A stretch of DNA of 63,114 nt, the filler included, from Octopus bimaculoides (lineage: Eukaryota), in NCBI RefSeq assembly GCF_001194135.2. It is 3 parts of 3 records of this genome, joined end to end, with 100 filler letters (N's around TTAATTAATTAA, not from the genome) between each part and the next. Parts side by side here need not be neighbours in the genome. Positions count along the whole stretch, not along the records: positions 1 to 30,489 come from NC_068997.1; positions 30,590 to 60,186 come from NC_068983.1; 1 more part is not named here. One strand, written 5' to 3'. Shown here piece after piece: positions 24,978 through 38,623 of this stretch. Below the pieces are notes generated by a model. The model saw only the letters and a list, made by a program, of their open reading frames with translations. It did not search any database and was not told the DNA's origin. Made by a program: the position numbers and the translations under genes. Numbering within the stretch: position 1 is the stretch's first letter; every line of letters begins with the position of its first letter.

Positions 24978-26760
24978 CTTGGCTCTTATTAGTTCTGGTT
25001 CTACGAAGAAGATGGCGGTGCTGGAGGTGGTGGCGTCGGCGGCGGTGATGATGCAATGATGGCGGAAGCGGTGGTATTGATGTTGATGTTAATTGCTGTT
25101 GTAGTGACGAATGTTTTATGGTTGCGATAATAGTAATTCTGATGATGCATCGCTGTTGTTGTTATCCTTTTTTTTCCCTAGCGGTTGCAAATACGAGAGA
25201 TAAAAATACCAGTGGTGGTGGTAGTGATGGTGGTGGTTGTGGTGGCGTTGGAGTTCGTGGTGGTGATGGTGGGGGTGACGAGGTGACAAGGTGACACTGA
25301 TTAAGGTGACATATTAGCCCTGATGGATTCCACAATAAAGATGCCGCAACAAACAGTATTTTTTTTTCTTCTTTTTTCTCTCCGATGAAAAAGAAAAAAA
25401 GATATCCGTAACAATGGAAGCCACAACAAAAGGCAAAANNNNNNNNNNNNNNNNNNNNNNNNNNNNNNNNNNNNNNNNNNNNNNNNNNNNNNNNNNNNNN
25501 NNNNNNNNNNNNNNNNNNNNNNNNNNNNNNNNNNNNNNNNNNNNNNNNNNNNNNNNNNNNNNNNNNNNNNNNNNNNNNNNNNNNNNNNNNNNNNNNNNNN
25601 NNNNNNNNNNNNNNNNNNNNNNNNNNNNNNNNNNNNNNNNNNNNNNNNNNNNNNNNNNNNNNNNNNNNNNNNNNNNNNNNNNNNNNNNNNNNNNNNNNNN
25701 NNNNNNNNNNNNNNNNNNNNNNNNNNNNNNNNNNNNNNNNNNNNNNNNNNNNNNNNNNNNNNNNNNNNNNNNNNNNNNNNNNNNNNNNNNNNNNNNNNNN
25801 NNNNNNNNNNNNNNNNNNNNNNNNNNNNNNNNNNNNNNNNNNNNNNNNNNNNNNNNNNNNNNNNNNNNNNNNNNNNNTAATAGGCCCTGCTGGGGTGTGG
25901 TGTGGTGTAGGTTTGGCGAGAGGTAGTAATGTGATGTGGTTGTGGTGGTGGTGTTGGTGGCTGTAGTGGTGGTGGTGGTGGTGGTGGTGGTGATAATTGT
26001 AGAGGTGGCAATGATTGGGGTAGTATTGGTGGTTGTGGTGTTGGTGGTGTTGATGGTTCTCGTGGTGGAGGTGGTGGTGGTTATAGTGTTGGTGGCTGTA
26101 GTGGTGGTTGTGGTGGTGGATCTGGTGGTGGCTGTAGTGATGGTTATGGTGGTGGTGATGATGGTGGTGGTGGTCGTAGTGTTGGTGTTGGTGACTGGTG
26201 GTGTTTGTGGTGGTGTTGTTGTTGGTGGTGGTTGTGGTAGTTGTGGCAGTGTATATGGTTGTGGTGGTGGTAAAGGGTGGTGAGGTATTTGTGAATGTGG
26301 TGTTGTGTATCAGAGACTGGTGGTGGTGGTGGTGGTGGTGTGATAGAGGGTGGTTATTGTCGGGGTAAGTGGTGCAGAAGTAGAGTGGAATGATGAGCAA
26401 TACTGCATGTGCCTGGTGTAGTAATTACTGGCTGTAGTGAAGTGGTGTGTGTGTGTGTGTGTTTATTGTAGTATGTGTTGCAGTGTTGAGTGGTGTCAAT
26501 GGCATAAGACAATATATAGTGATATGGTACATCGCATGGTTATAGTGTTCTGTGAAGCAGTAGTTTAGTGTAGTCGGTCATATGTGCAGTGGTTTGCTGT
26601 ATACGGATGTACGAATGTGTGGAAGGATTGGAATTGTAGTATGGGTGTGTGACTCTGTAGATTGGTGAGCTAGTGTAGGGTTGTGTGTGTAGTAGTGTTG
26701 TGTAGAGCACTAGTGGTGTAATTGTAGTGTACTGCAGTGTTGTGGTGAGGTGCACTTAAG
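24770..26760. repeat. Degenerate G/T-rich simple-repeat region (GGT/GTA/TGT) with a gap
   Basis: Read directly; strong G+T strand bias. Confidence 0.85.
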
Positions 26761-28663
26761 GTATAGTTTAGTTCTTGTAATAGCGGATGGTGGCCAAGTG
26801 AGATTTCCTGCGAGCGCGGTAATAAAAGGGAGGCGGAAGGATTGAAANNNNNNNNNNNNNNNNNNNNNNNNNNNNNNNNNNNNNNNNNNNNNNNNNNNNN
26901 NNNNNNNNNNNNNNNNNNNNNNNNNNNNNNNNNNNNNNNNNNNNNNNNNNNNNNNNNNNNNNNNNNNNNNNNNNNNNNNNNNNNNNNNNNNNNNNNNNNN
27001 NNNNNNNNNNNNNNNNNNNNNNNNNNNNNNNNNNNNNNNNNNNNNNNNNNNNNNNNNNNNNNNNNNNNNNNNNNNNNNNNNNNNNNNNNNNNNNNNNNNN
27101 NNNNNNNNNNNNNNNNNNNNNNNNNNNNNNNNNNNNNNNNNNNNNNNNNNNNNNNNNNNNNNNNNNNNNNNNNNNNNNNNNNNNNNNNNNNNNNNNNNNN
27201 NNNNNNNNNNNNNNNNNNNNNNNNNNNNNNAGAAGAAGAAGAAGAAGAAGAAGAAGAAGAAGAAGAAGAAGAAGAAGAAGAAGAAGAAGAAGAAGAAGAA
27301 AAGCGTATGAGTTTGAAAGAGTTATATTGAGAGAGGTAAAAGTGGTTGTGTCGGGTGTGTGTTTTATATTTTGTGTTCTGCTCCTTTAATAGGGTGTCGT
27401 CTGGTGGTTGTGAGCGGGCGAAGAGAAACTCTTGAGTGGGTAGGTGATGGGTAGTAGGGAGTCTAAGAAGAGACGAACGTCGTGTCTGGCCGTACATATT
27501 TTCATGAATAGGCTATTAAATGTTAATCCTTTAAAGCAATCTGAGCAATTCTCCCGTTTTGCTCTCTGCATAAGTCATTCTTTTTCTTTCCTCCACCCCC
27601 TTCTCTCTCTCTCTCTCTCTCTCCTCACCCTCTTATTTTGTTTTCTATCTCTTTTTTCTATTCCAGTGGATTCACTCTTCCTCCCCTTCCTTCTCAGCTA
27701 TCACACTACCAGTCTGTTAATTGATTCTCTTCTTTTTTCTCCTCTATCACTATTTCTTTTTCTCTGTCATTGTCAATCTTTATCTATCCCACACTCCTCT
27801 CACCCCTTCCTCTGCTAATACTTCTTACTCTTTCAGCCTTGGTCTGCCTAATATCTCATTCATTCATCCAGCTTTCCATTAATTTTCTTTGCGCGTGCAC
27901 ACACACACACACACACACACCACCACCACCACCACTACCCAAATATTTCCCCGTCTCTCTCTATTTTTTTTCCAGTTCTGTCTTTTACTTGCACTCGAAT
28001 TCTACTATTTTTCAGTTCCGGCCCCATTTTTTTCACTCGTTTTTCGTTACTTGTTTCTACAGCATTCATGCCTTCCTAAATACTATTAGAAATGAAACTG
28101 AATTGCTAATCTGGGTTCTCATGATGCTACTTCTGTTTTGAGGGGTCTTATCACATCATGAGGAAATACTGGAAACAACTAAACAATAAATTATCCTTTG
28201 TAAAAAGACAGAAAACTTTGTAGGTTGACTTCATTCCTATGGTCGATGTTTAGCTCCAGTTTACTTCTAAACCAGTAAAAGATATGAATAAAAATCTTTT
28301 TAGCCATGACAATCCAAACATATTACATCTTAATATTAATAAATCCTTCCCTCTTTTAACGCACTAGATGTAGTTTGAAGAAGATCTGACTGCTATTTTT
28401 TCAAGGTCGACCAATCATAGAGACGATCGCCTTTTCTTTTAAAGCATCTTCTACTCAAGTATACATTACACAATGTGTTCTTCTATTTTTCAGAAGGTAT
28501 TATTATTTACGTAGATTTTGCTGCTATTTCCAGCAGGTCAGGTGAACATTTCAAGGTTTTGTCTGTTCCAGTATATGAATATCAGTTTAGTAAGACTGAA
28601 GTATAAGTTTATTGCTCGTGTAGTAAAATACGAAGTTCTTCTATTGTCTCGATTTCCTGTAAT

Positions 28664-29035
28664 TCAGGCCGTCTTGTGGTCCCAGCAGGCAAAATGGGAA
28701 AGGCGTTGCCCCGAAAGGATGGCGAAGGAGACACGTTCAAACAACCACTCCGACGCACGGGGCTCGCTCTTGCAGATAGCTATCTCCGCACTGATATCAG
28801 TGAGCAGGGATATAGTGCGGGAACCGAGAACGCCAGCGGTCTCCTCTGTCACAGACTTGACCATAAACCTGTCGGAGAGCGACCGATACTTTGACAGCTT
28901 GTGTTGGTAGCTGAACACATCAAGTTGCTACTGGAGAAGGTGTCACAGCACGTGGCATCCCAGTTGATGGGCCTACCGCCACGTAACGGGAAGACTGTCA
29001 TACCGTCAGGCGTTTTACCGACCCCCTCTGTCTAC
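28664..29035 (-). mobile_element. CRE-clade-like RLE 3' fragment, same family as 23200
   Basis: GKTPDGMTVFPLRGGRPINWDATCCDTF / KYRSLSDRFMVKSVTEETAGVLG...WLFERVSFAIL. Confidence 0.75.
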
Positions 29036-30304
29036 GAACAATAAAGCTACACATCTGCTAAAGTAATACAGAATGAACACCCTTCTATGTTGTTGGCACA
29101 CCTTTTACGGAGCCCAGTACTCTCAGCTTGGCAGGAGGCGAACTCTTATTCGATAAAGAAGACACACCAACAAATAAAAATGCCGTGTAAAAAGATGATC
29201 TACATACATTGGTGAAATGACAACTATGAGATTATATCAGAGGGTTTATGTTAAATTACATGATGGTGATGTATTTCGTGTGTGATATATTGTAGTGGAG
29301 ATGAAAGGATGTTGATGCAGGTGGAAAGAGAGTAGGTAGATTTGCACCTAATGGAACACGAGCGACATAAAAGACATTAAAATTCGAATTAAAGTTAGTA
29401 TTAAGTTAGTTTTCATTGATAATTAGTCAAACACTCAATTTGACTAGCCCTTAGCTTATATCGGATAATTTATGAGTATTTAATATAAGAATAAACCGAC
29501 GCAGAGAAATATAATATATCTAAAGTAGACGATTGGGAAAACAAATGAAACGTAGTTATCGAAATTTGAACGTATTAAAATTGAAAACAAACTAAGGACT
29601 CTGAAGCTGAGGACAACACTCGAACGTGGCCACAGATGTAATGAAGTAAAACAAATGAAACATTATGGAAAATTATCAAAGAAATATTCGAGTCTATTTG
29701 CTCAAATATTAACATCAAATTTATTAAAGTTTAAAATGTTTCTTTTGAATGTCTTCTCCTGAGAGAACTTTTTTGATCGGAAGAGAAATGCAATTATTTT
29801 TCAAACAATTCTTTAAATAACAATCAATCAAAAAGCAATTTTATTAGATAATTTTAGTGAAACAGGGAAATTATGCAATTAAAAGTAAATAAATTATCGA
29901 ATAAAACAGAGAATTAAAATAATGAACGTGAGTTGTGCTTTAAGAATACGAAACGTGTACATGTGAAATATATGTTGACTAATTATATAGACTGTTAATA
30001 TGAACGGATATATCAGACTTACCTTTAAGAATTGAAAGATACGGCACCTTGGCAATTAGAACTGATTGAGGCATCTCATATATATATGTAGATGATAAAT
30101 AGATAAATAAATTGGAAATGAATTACAGCCCTTACAACCCTATGAGCCCACTATGCTCCATACGATTCTAAGAAACTGTAGTCTATTCTTAGCCACTCTG
30201 CTACAATAGCGACAACATGAATTTCTTCCATCTTCTCACTCGTTAAAATATTTAAGAAAAATTATATTAATGTGTAGTACTATATTTTCTGCAGCTGAAG
30301 ATAG

Positions 30305-30489
30305 CACTGCATTTAAATTGATGTAATGATTGCATTGTTCAATGAAATAGATTCGCTTGAAACGGTCGTACTGCATTACTACTTGATATCCTGTTGCTTA
30401 TTTTGATTTTATTCACCTTACTTCGAGCTGTGCGGAGAATACCGGAGTTATTTGATGCTTCAAATTAAGTACCTAATTCAACTGAATCT
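30305..30489. mobile_element. Second copy of the fold-back MITE arm, cut by a scaffold join
   Basis: Reverse complement of about 4455-4650. Confidence 0.7.
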
Positions 30490-30589
30490 NNNNNNNNNNN
30501 NNNNNNNNNNNNNNNNNNNNNNNNNNNNNNNNNTTAATTAATTAANNNNNNNNNNNNNNNNNNNNNNNNNNNNNNNNNNNNNNNNNNNN
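30490..30589. other. Artificial scaffold linker N44-TTAATTAATTAA-N44
   Basis: Exactly 100 nt, with stops in all six frames; identical construct at 60187-60286. Confidence 0.95.
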
Positions 30590-33371
30590 GGAAAATGAAA
30601 AAAAGCCAGAATGCTGAACTGGAAGCAGAATTTAATAAAGATTCCCTCCAACCGGCTTTCACTGCGAAGAAGCAAATTATCAAGAAGAAGGAGAATGAAA
30701 ATGTTCTCGCGAAATTTTAGAGAAATCCCTCAAAATCCAAGACGTGTTTTAAAAAGAAAGCAATTTTTTTTTTTATATATCTGTATACATATCTGTATAT
30801 ATGCGTCTAAGCTCGAACACAAAATCTTTCGTCAAAGCATTATCTTCCTTTCAACTTCTACTTCCTTTTCTTTCTCTTAACGGTTACAGCAGCGAAACCT
30901 TATTACGTCATTTTCTCTAAAGTAGAATGTATGCTTTTCACGTTCATATTTGAAGAGTTTGCCTTTCAAAAGTTTTTCTCTGTTTTTACTCATTTCGTCC
31001 GTCTTTACGTTATGAGTTCAAATTCCGATTTGGCTTTCCGACCTTTCGAAATCGTTCAAATACGTATCAGTTGAACATTGCTGCCAATGTAATCGATTGA
31101 ACCCCTTTTCCGAATTGCAGGTCTGTCAAAATTAGAATCTAATATCCTTCTACTGTAGGCAAAAGGCCCGCAATTTGGAGGAGAGGGTTAGTAGATTACA
31201 TCAGCCCCAGTATATAACTGGCACCCATTTCATGTTCGTGTGTGTGTGTTCATTTATATACGTATGCGTATGTTTGTGTTTATGTATGTGTATGTATCTA
31301 TCAATATCTATATGCATAGATATGTTTATGTGTATACATATGCTGTAATTCTTCAGTGAAAAGAAAAAATTTCAACTTATTTTATCGTGACGTGGTTTCT
31401 ATTATTTAACTCTTGATTATCTGCAGTCGAAGAGATTTAATATCAATGACAGCTAGCTATCAGCATCTCATCTTTCAAGTATAATTTTTGTAAGACAACC
31501 TAATGTAAACTTTATTTTTGAGACAGCATGTTATAATTTGAGAACTGCTTGGCTTCCATTTCTATCAAGTTAATCGATTACGTAATTCCTATATAAAGTT
31601 GGTGCTTACTTGTAGAAAAAGAAGTAATAGCACGGAGGAATCTCCAAGTGATTAATTTTGTTCTAGAAAAGATACTTAGGATAAAAAATGTTACATCTTC
31701 GTTGATACGTGATTGAAGACACTTGATCAGAGAAGCTTGCTTCATGATTTGAAAGCCAATGTGTTCGATAACATATTAGAATTTCACTAGATAAGCAGGT
31801 CATATGATGTCACAGATAAATCGAGTATTGTCTACAAACACATAAGATACTTTGTAATGATTAATCTATCCATCGAATATAGCGTAATCAGTGTCTCCTT
31901 TAGAGGCTAAACTATTTCTGTCTAAGAGGGACCGTTTAATTTATTTGGTAGTAGAAATTCCAACTGTGTATTGCATCGGTATTTATGGTAAGCCATTGCT
32001 ACGGAACGATTTGGGTGGTGCAGCTGGTTTGGAGCGAGTGAGAGAAAATAAAGCCAAGCACAAAGAAAGAAGAAGAAGAAGAAGAAGAAGAAGAAGAAGA
32101 AGAAGAAAAACTCAACTAGCTACTACCTATTTTTGTATTTAGTGAGCATGTGCTGAATTGATGAAAATCATAAAAATTTGACCTTGATTTGATTTGATCT
32201 TAGAGTGCCAGCAGTTGGAACAAAAACTACAGTGCATTATATCGAATGATCTAACGAATCAAACAATTTGCTGTCTTTTGTATAAGGTCACCTAAAGTTT
32301 AAATTTTTATCACCTATGATTTCTGTATTTTTACAAACACATATGTATGAATGGCTGTGATTGAGGAAATGGTGAGATCTGACCTACTTGCGCACAAATA
32401 TCCAATTATTTCTTTTCATGTAAATTCGCCTTCATTAGTAAACTGTGCTACCATTAGTTATACTTCAAATCTGTAAACTTTCATTCAACTTCCCTTCTTT
32501 CCTCTTTATAACCCCAAGATTCTTCACTATTTATTTCATACGTTCATGTGTGCACGCGCATATGTATATATGTACGTGTATGTGTGCATCCACACACACA
32601 CACACACACACACTCATAGATCTGTGTCGGTCACTATTACCGACCATTAGGTTCGGTTGTTCAGTCAACTAAGCTGACAACTGTTTTCAATGAAGTAGCA
32701 TGTACGAGACTGAATGTGCCATTGACACGTACCCTTAAAGCAGTTTTGGGGCGGAACAAGCAGTACGCAGTATGACAAACACGTCGAATGATTTTCTGTT
32801 CGGTTTCCGTCTATCCATTTTCACTCACATGGAATAGGTCACTATGAAGTTATAGAAAATAGCACTTAGCATAGATGTCAAACAGCATAAGCTATATTTA
32901 TAAAACCTAGAGGAGGCCCCTAAGTATATATCGGGGCATCGGCTAATCTCTTTCAAAAATCGATACCGCAACCTCATCGAGAGCTTTTGAAATATCCTTA
33001 GATGACGTGTAATATCGCTAACCGATTTTTATCTAGAGGCTTAAGGAAAAGAAGACAAAATACGACCTTACATGGACCATACATAGACACGCAAGTTCCT
33101 ACAACAATATATCGCAGAAATGCCAGTTGTGCTCTGAGGACTCACTCTCTATACTGTTAAGAGAGGGATGGTTTATAAATATATTCATGGAACAACTACC
33201 CAGATGGCGACGTGCAGCTAAACACACATTTACATATTACAATCCCAGCCATACATCATTTGATGTATACATAGCGCCAACAACACTTAAAACACATGAA
33301 CTTGAGGAACTATAGGCGAAAAACTTGTATTTGACATATAATCTTGCAATCTAGAACCATATGCGTACATA

Positions 33372-33434
<63 letters not shown>

Positions 33435-35160
33435 CATGTATACACATATATATGTATGTATGTATGTATGTATATATGCATATATGTGTACGTGTATGTA
33501 TGTATATATATATGTGTGGATGTGCGTGAACGTGTGTGTATATATGTTTACTTATGTGTATATGCATGTCTATTAGCACGTGCGTGTTTGTGTCAAGCTT
33601 TACGTACAAATCTACGCACATATTTATATATGTATATGCATATATTTATGTATATATAAATGAGTGTACCCGCGTATACGAGTTCCTATACATATATCTA
33701 TATATTCGCACATACGTGCGTTAATGCACGTATATCTAGTTGTATGTATATAACAATATACTTGGATGTGCGCGTGTGCGCGACTGTATATGTGCGAATA
33801 TATATGTTTCTCTGTATGTATATAAGTGTCTAAGCACAAGAAATAATTTTTTCGTCGGCGTATTATCTTCCTTTCATATTCTTTCTTTACTTTGTCTTAA
33901 CAGTTACAGCAGCGAAAGATCATTACATCATTTCCTCTAAAGTACAATGTATACATTCCACGTTCATATTTGAATATTTTGCGTTTCATTACTTTTCTCT
34001 GATTTCACTGATGCGCAAATTTGATGGACATATAGCGGATCGTTAGCCGATTCAAGAAATCTCTAGTGAGATTTTTATTGATATACCTGAAGAGATATAG
34101 AAGGGGTCGAAGCATGTGTTCTAACTAATAAAGACTGGTACACATTCCATCTACTATATTATTAATGATATTGTCCCAAGCACCAGTACGGACTTCCTGC
34201 AATGAATTTACGGATAACAACACGTAATCGAAACTGTGCCGCTGATTTAAACATCATGCATTCATACATTTTGTACAATTCATCCATTGTATATATATAT
34301 ATATATATATNNNNNNNNNNNNNNNNNNNNNNNNNNNNNNNNNNNNNNNNNNNNNNNNNNNNNNNNNNNNNNNNNNNNNNNNNNNNNNNNNNNNNNNNNN
34401 NNNNNNNNNNNNNNNNNNNNNNNNNNNNNNNNNNNNNNNNNNNNNNNNNNNNNNNNNNNNNNNNNNNNNNNNNNNNNNNNNNNNNNNNNNNNNNNNNNNN
34501 NNNNNNNNNNNNNNNNNNNNNNNNNNNNNNNNNNNNNNNNNNNNNNNNNNNNNNNNNNNNNNNNNNNNNNNNNNNNNNNNNNNNNNNNNNNNNNNNNNNN
34601 NNNNNNNNNNNNNNNNNNNNNNNNNNNNNNNNNNNNNNNNNNNNNNNNNNNNNNNNNNNNNNNNNNNNNNNNNNNNNNNNNNNNNNNNNNNNNNNNNNNN
34701 NNNNNNNNNNNNNNNNNNNNNNNNNNNNNNNNNNNNNNNNNNNNNNNNNNNNNNNNNNNNNNNNNNNNNNNNNNNNNNNNNNNNNNNNNNNNNNNNNNNN
34801 NNNNNNNNNNNNNNNNNNNNNNNNNNNNNNNNNNNNNNNNNNNNNNNNNNNNNNNNNNNNNNNNNNNNNNNNNNNNNNNNNNNNNNNNNNNNNNNNNNNN
34901 NNNNNNNNNNNNNNNNNNNNNNNNNNNNNNNNNNNNNNNNNNNNNNNNNNNNNNNNNNNNNNNNNNNNNNNNNNNNNNNNNNNNNNNNNNNNNNNNNNNN
35001 NNNNNNNNNNNNNNNNNNNNNNNNNNNNNNNNNNNNNNNNNNNNNNNNNNNNNNNNNNNNNNNNNNNNNNNNNNNNNNNNNNNNNNNNNNNNNNNNNNNN
35101 NNNNNNNNNNNNNNNNNNNNNNNNNNNNNNNNNNNNNNNNNNNNNNNNNNNNNNNNNNNN

Positions 35161-35211
<51 letters not shown>

Positions 35212-36688
35212 TATAATTATAAAAGAGAGTTTGTATGTGTGTGTGCGCGCGTATGTTCCTTATGTATTCCGAAACTGAGTTGCCGTTTTTAACATATGAC
35301 GTATCAAAAGATTCAGTAAACTTTCGGCTACAAAAGAAACTATATTTTCATTCACTTCTTTGCAGTTCAAAAATTTTAAATTGTCATTTTTCTATTGTAA
35401 ATCACATGTTTTTCCACCCGCACCACAGCAACAATGACCTCACATTTTCTATGTGTGTTCACGCTTTCGTTACATACGTTAGGCCAATGACTGACAAGTA
35501 TGTGTATGACGGTGTATGTGTCGCAGTATAAATAGATTTTTGTGACGACCCACACATACGCACTCACGCGCATCTAAACATAGAGACAAATACTCACAGG
35601 GACAGAGATAGACTTCAGGTGTGCGTAACTTCCCCTCCCCGACAATAAAACGTGCTGATATTGAATGTTTACTTATGGCCTCGACTTCAAACAAACAACA
35701 ACGTTCTCTTTCAAGTAGTACCAACACGAAGATTTGGCTGATTTAACATCACTCCCAATACTCGAAAATATATCTGAAAAATAAATCTCATTCTGGTTAT
35801 TATAACAAATTCGGAAACTTGGTGAAGTAGAAAGCCTCAGCAGCTCTTTCAGCATAATTACAGAAATGTTATTCCACTCTTTCTAACCAGTTTCAAGATA
35901 ATGTTCTTTGTAACGGCCCCTGTATTGTTCATTAATGCATTAACGTCGCATAACATTTTTGCTGTGTTACTCAGTATTTATTCTACAGCCTATAATTTTA
36001 CACAGTTCAAAAACAGCCTCTTCCTATTTACACACATGGTTCAGCGTTCGTTTCAAAATTGTAAAATAAATTATTTTTGTATGAGAAATTGAATTATGCC
36101 TTCTGTGTTTTCTCGGACTTTCACTTTCTTCACCGTGACATTCATTCAATCGTGATTTTATAACATTTAGTACATGTTCCAAATCAATTTTGACTTTCCG
36201 TACTTTCTTACATTGGTGACGCATTCTAACATTTGCTAAATTGGTGACTTTCCATATTTTATAGCATTACCATGTTACTGAAAGTATGTTTTGCACCTAT
36301 ATTGACTACATTTCTTTTCGCATGAACTTCGTATGCGTATATTTTGCTGTTTTCAATATTATCAATTCTATGAGTGTTTATGTCTGTGTCTGTGTGTTTC
36401 TGCGTTCGTTACGTCTGTAGTAAACTATAGTAAGAAACATTTTACGCTCTTTTAATGAGCTCACATCTAATGAAGTAGCCATCCTTATGGTTGGTACTAC
36501 ATTGAAAATCATGATAACTTTTAGCGTGTTACAGACTCATCCCTCTTATGATGCTCTCCAGTATAATCTTATTCTGTGAAATGGACAAGATCGGTATTAT
36601 TTTAATATTCTTCGGATTGAACCTGCAACAAAATTGTGTGGTCAAATGACTTCTATTCTTACCAACTGATGTTAAGACCAGAACAATC

Positions 36689-36892
36689 AAATCCTTTCTG
36701 TTATAGGCACAGGGCCTAAAATTTCGGGGGAGGGGGCTCAGTCGATTACTTCGACCCCAGTGTCTCACCTGTACTTAATTTATTGACCCCGAAAGGATGA
36801 CGGGCAAAGTTGACCCCAGCGGCATTTGAACCGGTGAAATACCGCTCAAGCATTTTGCCCGGCATGCTAATAATTCTGCCAGCTCGCCGTCT
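36689..36892 (-). mobile_element. Family C SINE
   Basis: TTCTGCCAGCTCGCC head, GACCCCGAAAGGATGA domain, AATCCTTTCTG tail. Confidence 0.8.
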
Positions 36893-37537
36893 TCCAGAAC
36901 ATTCAAATAAACTGCACATGTCAAATAAACAATATTTTCATTTACATATTTTCTATGTTATCTCAATAATCAACTGTAGATATTTAAAATACACTTCTCT
37001 ACAACAACCAGGTCTCGTTACAAAATGAAAATAGTTTCACACTTTCAATTTGAACTAAAAATAGTGTTCCATTACGAGAGTTACGATGTGTGATTAAGGA
37101 ATATAATGTTTCTCCGAATTAGCTACATCTGTATTAAAATAAAGAAAGCTGCTTATTATCTATCTACCAAATAAACTCTTTTTGACTCAAAAACTCATTT
37201 TTACAACTAAAATAACTAAGGGAACCATGTTTGGTCGCACAATTTTGAGTTCATTTTCGGGCAATATTTTGATTTGCTTCTAATGGGTCACTTTCGTCCG
37301 ATGTTTCACTCATTCCTACAATTCTACTCATACAAACATTTATGAAAATGTACACATAAATATTGTATTAAGCCACAACGGGAAAAAAATCGCATTAAAA
37401 GACATCGATGTTTCTATATGTTATGAGGAAGTACAGTCCTTCTCTCCTTCTCACTCTCTCTCTTTCTCTCTTACGCACAAAAACGATGTATGCATTCGTA
37501 TTTTTACGCGAAGGTCAAGAATACGCATTCCACTTGT

Positions 37538-37576
37538 TTAGGGTTAGGGTTAGGGTTAGGGTTAGGGTTAGGGTTA
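37538..37576 (+). repeat. Interstitial telomeric array (TTAGGG)6 TTA
   Basis: Six perfect units read directly. Confidence 0.95.
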
Positions 37577-37648
37577 CACCGAAAACGGATGGTGTGCGTA
37601 TACTTTTCTTCGCCCATTTATGCACGTGTATATGAAAGATGTGTGTTG

Positions 37649-37685
<37 letters not shown>

Positions 37686-37754
37686 GGTGCCACTTGCACA
37701 TACATACAAAAATGTTCATACATCACAACACACACCTTCATTCATTCATTCCCT

Positions 37755-37791
<37 letters not shown>

Positions 37792-38133
37792 CCATTTCAT
37801 ATACACGTACATCATACACTTTCTCCTCTAACTTCAAATCAAATGTCGCCTTTTCACTTTATCCTCTCTTTCAATTTCTGCTCTCTTCAAAGCAAACAGA
37901 AATTAAACCAATTTTACGGAAATTGACAAACAACTATATGATCCCATATATGTCGAGTTGACAACTTTGCTTTTTCAAACTTCCTTTGACATGCATACAC
38001 ACACTCTAGGTAAAACCTCTGCGCGAATTATGTTAATTCTTGCAGTGTGCACGTGCAAATTTACAAATTTACCTCTTCTTTCTAGCATGTCCAAGGTAAG
38101 GAGACATTTCCTCCCCCTCCCTACTTTCTTCCT

Positions 38134-38623
38134 ACTATTAGGTTTCAAATCCAACGTAAGCCATGATGAAAAATAAATAAAAAATAAATACAACCATTGT
38201 ATCCATATTTTTATTATTATTTTAATATCAATATTTTATTTTAATTTTTATTTCTATCATTACCATTACTATCACCATTACTACTAATACTATTATGTTT
38301 GTTCTTATTTCTATTTTTATATAGTTTTAGGAAGGTGGAGGAAAATTTATGATTGCAAAAACGGATTACCTCGATAAACGTATTAAAGGTTTTCGGCCCA
38401 AAAGACCTAAGAATGGAAAGGGATTCCCTAATGCATAATAAGCACTATACCTGGCTTTAAAATTCACTGAACTTCCAATATAAAACTTATTTTGTTTGTC
38501 CTCGTCTCTAACTACGCATTTATACACTACGTTTGTGGACAAACAAAGTCCGCCGAGAGGGCATAAAGAAGGGTCCCTACAATTACATCATTTTTTACGG
38601 CCACCCTTAAAGTCATTTCCAAC
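38134..38623 (-). mobile_element. Inverted partial pLTR of the Penelope-like element
   Basis: Reverse complement of 39519-40162 except for a 151-bp deletion (39696-39846). Confidence 0.9.

Noticed and set aside
25162-26400. His/Thr-rich 412-aa ORF as a histidine-rich structural protein
   Set aside because: Degenerate (GGT/TGT) repeat open in several frames, spanning a gap, with no signal peptide or splice support.
30534-30545. TTAATTAATTAA palindrome as a regulatory or piggyBac site
   Set aside because: Centred in a fixed 100-nt N spacer that occurs twice; assembly linker.
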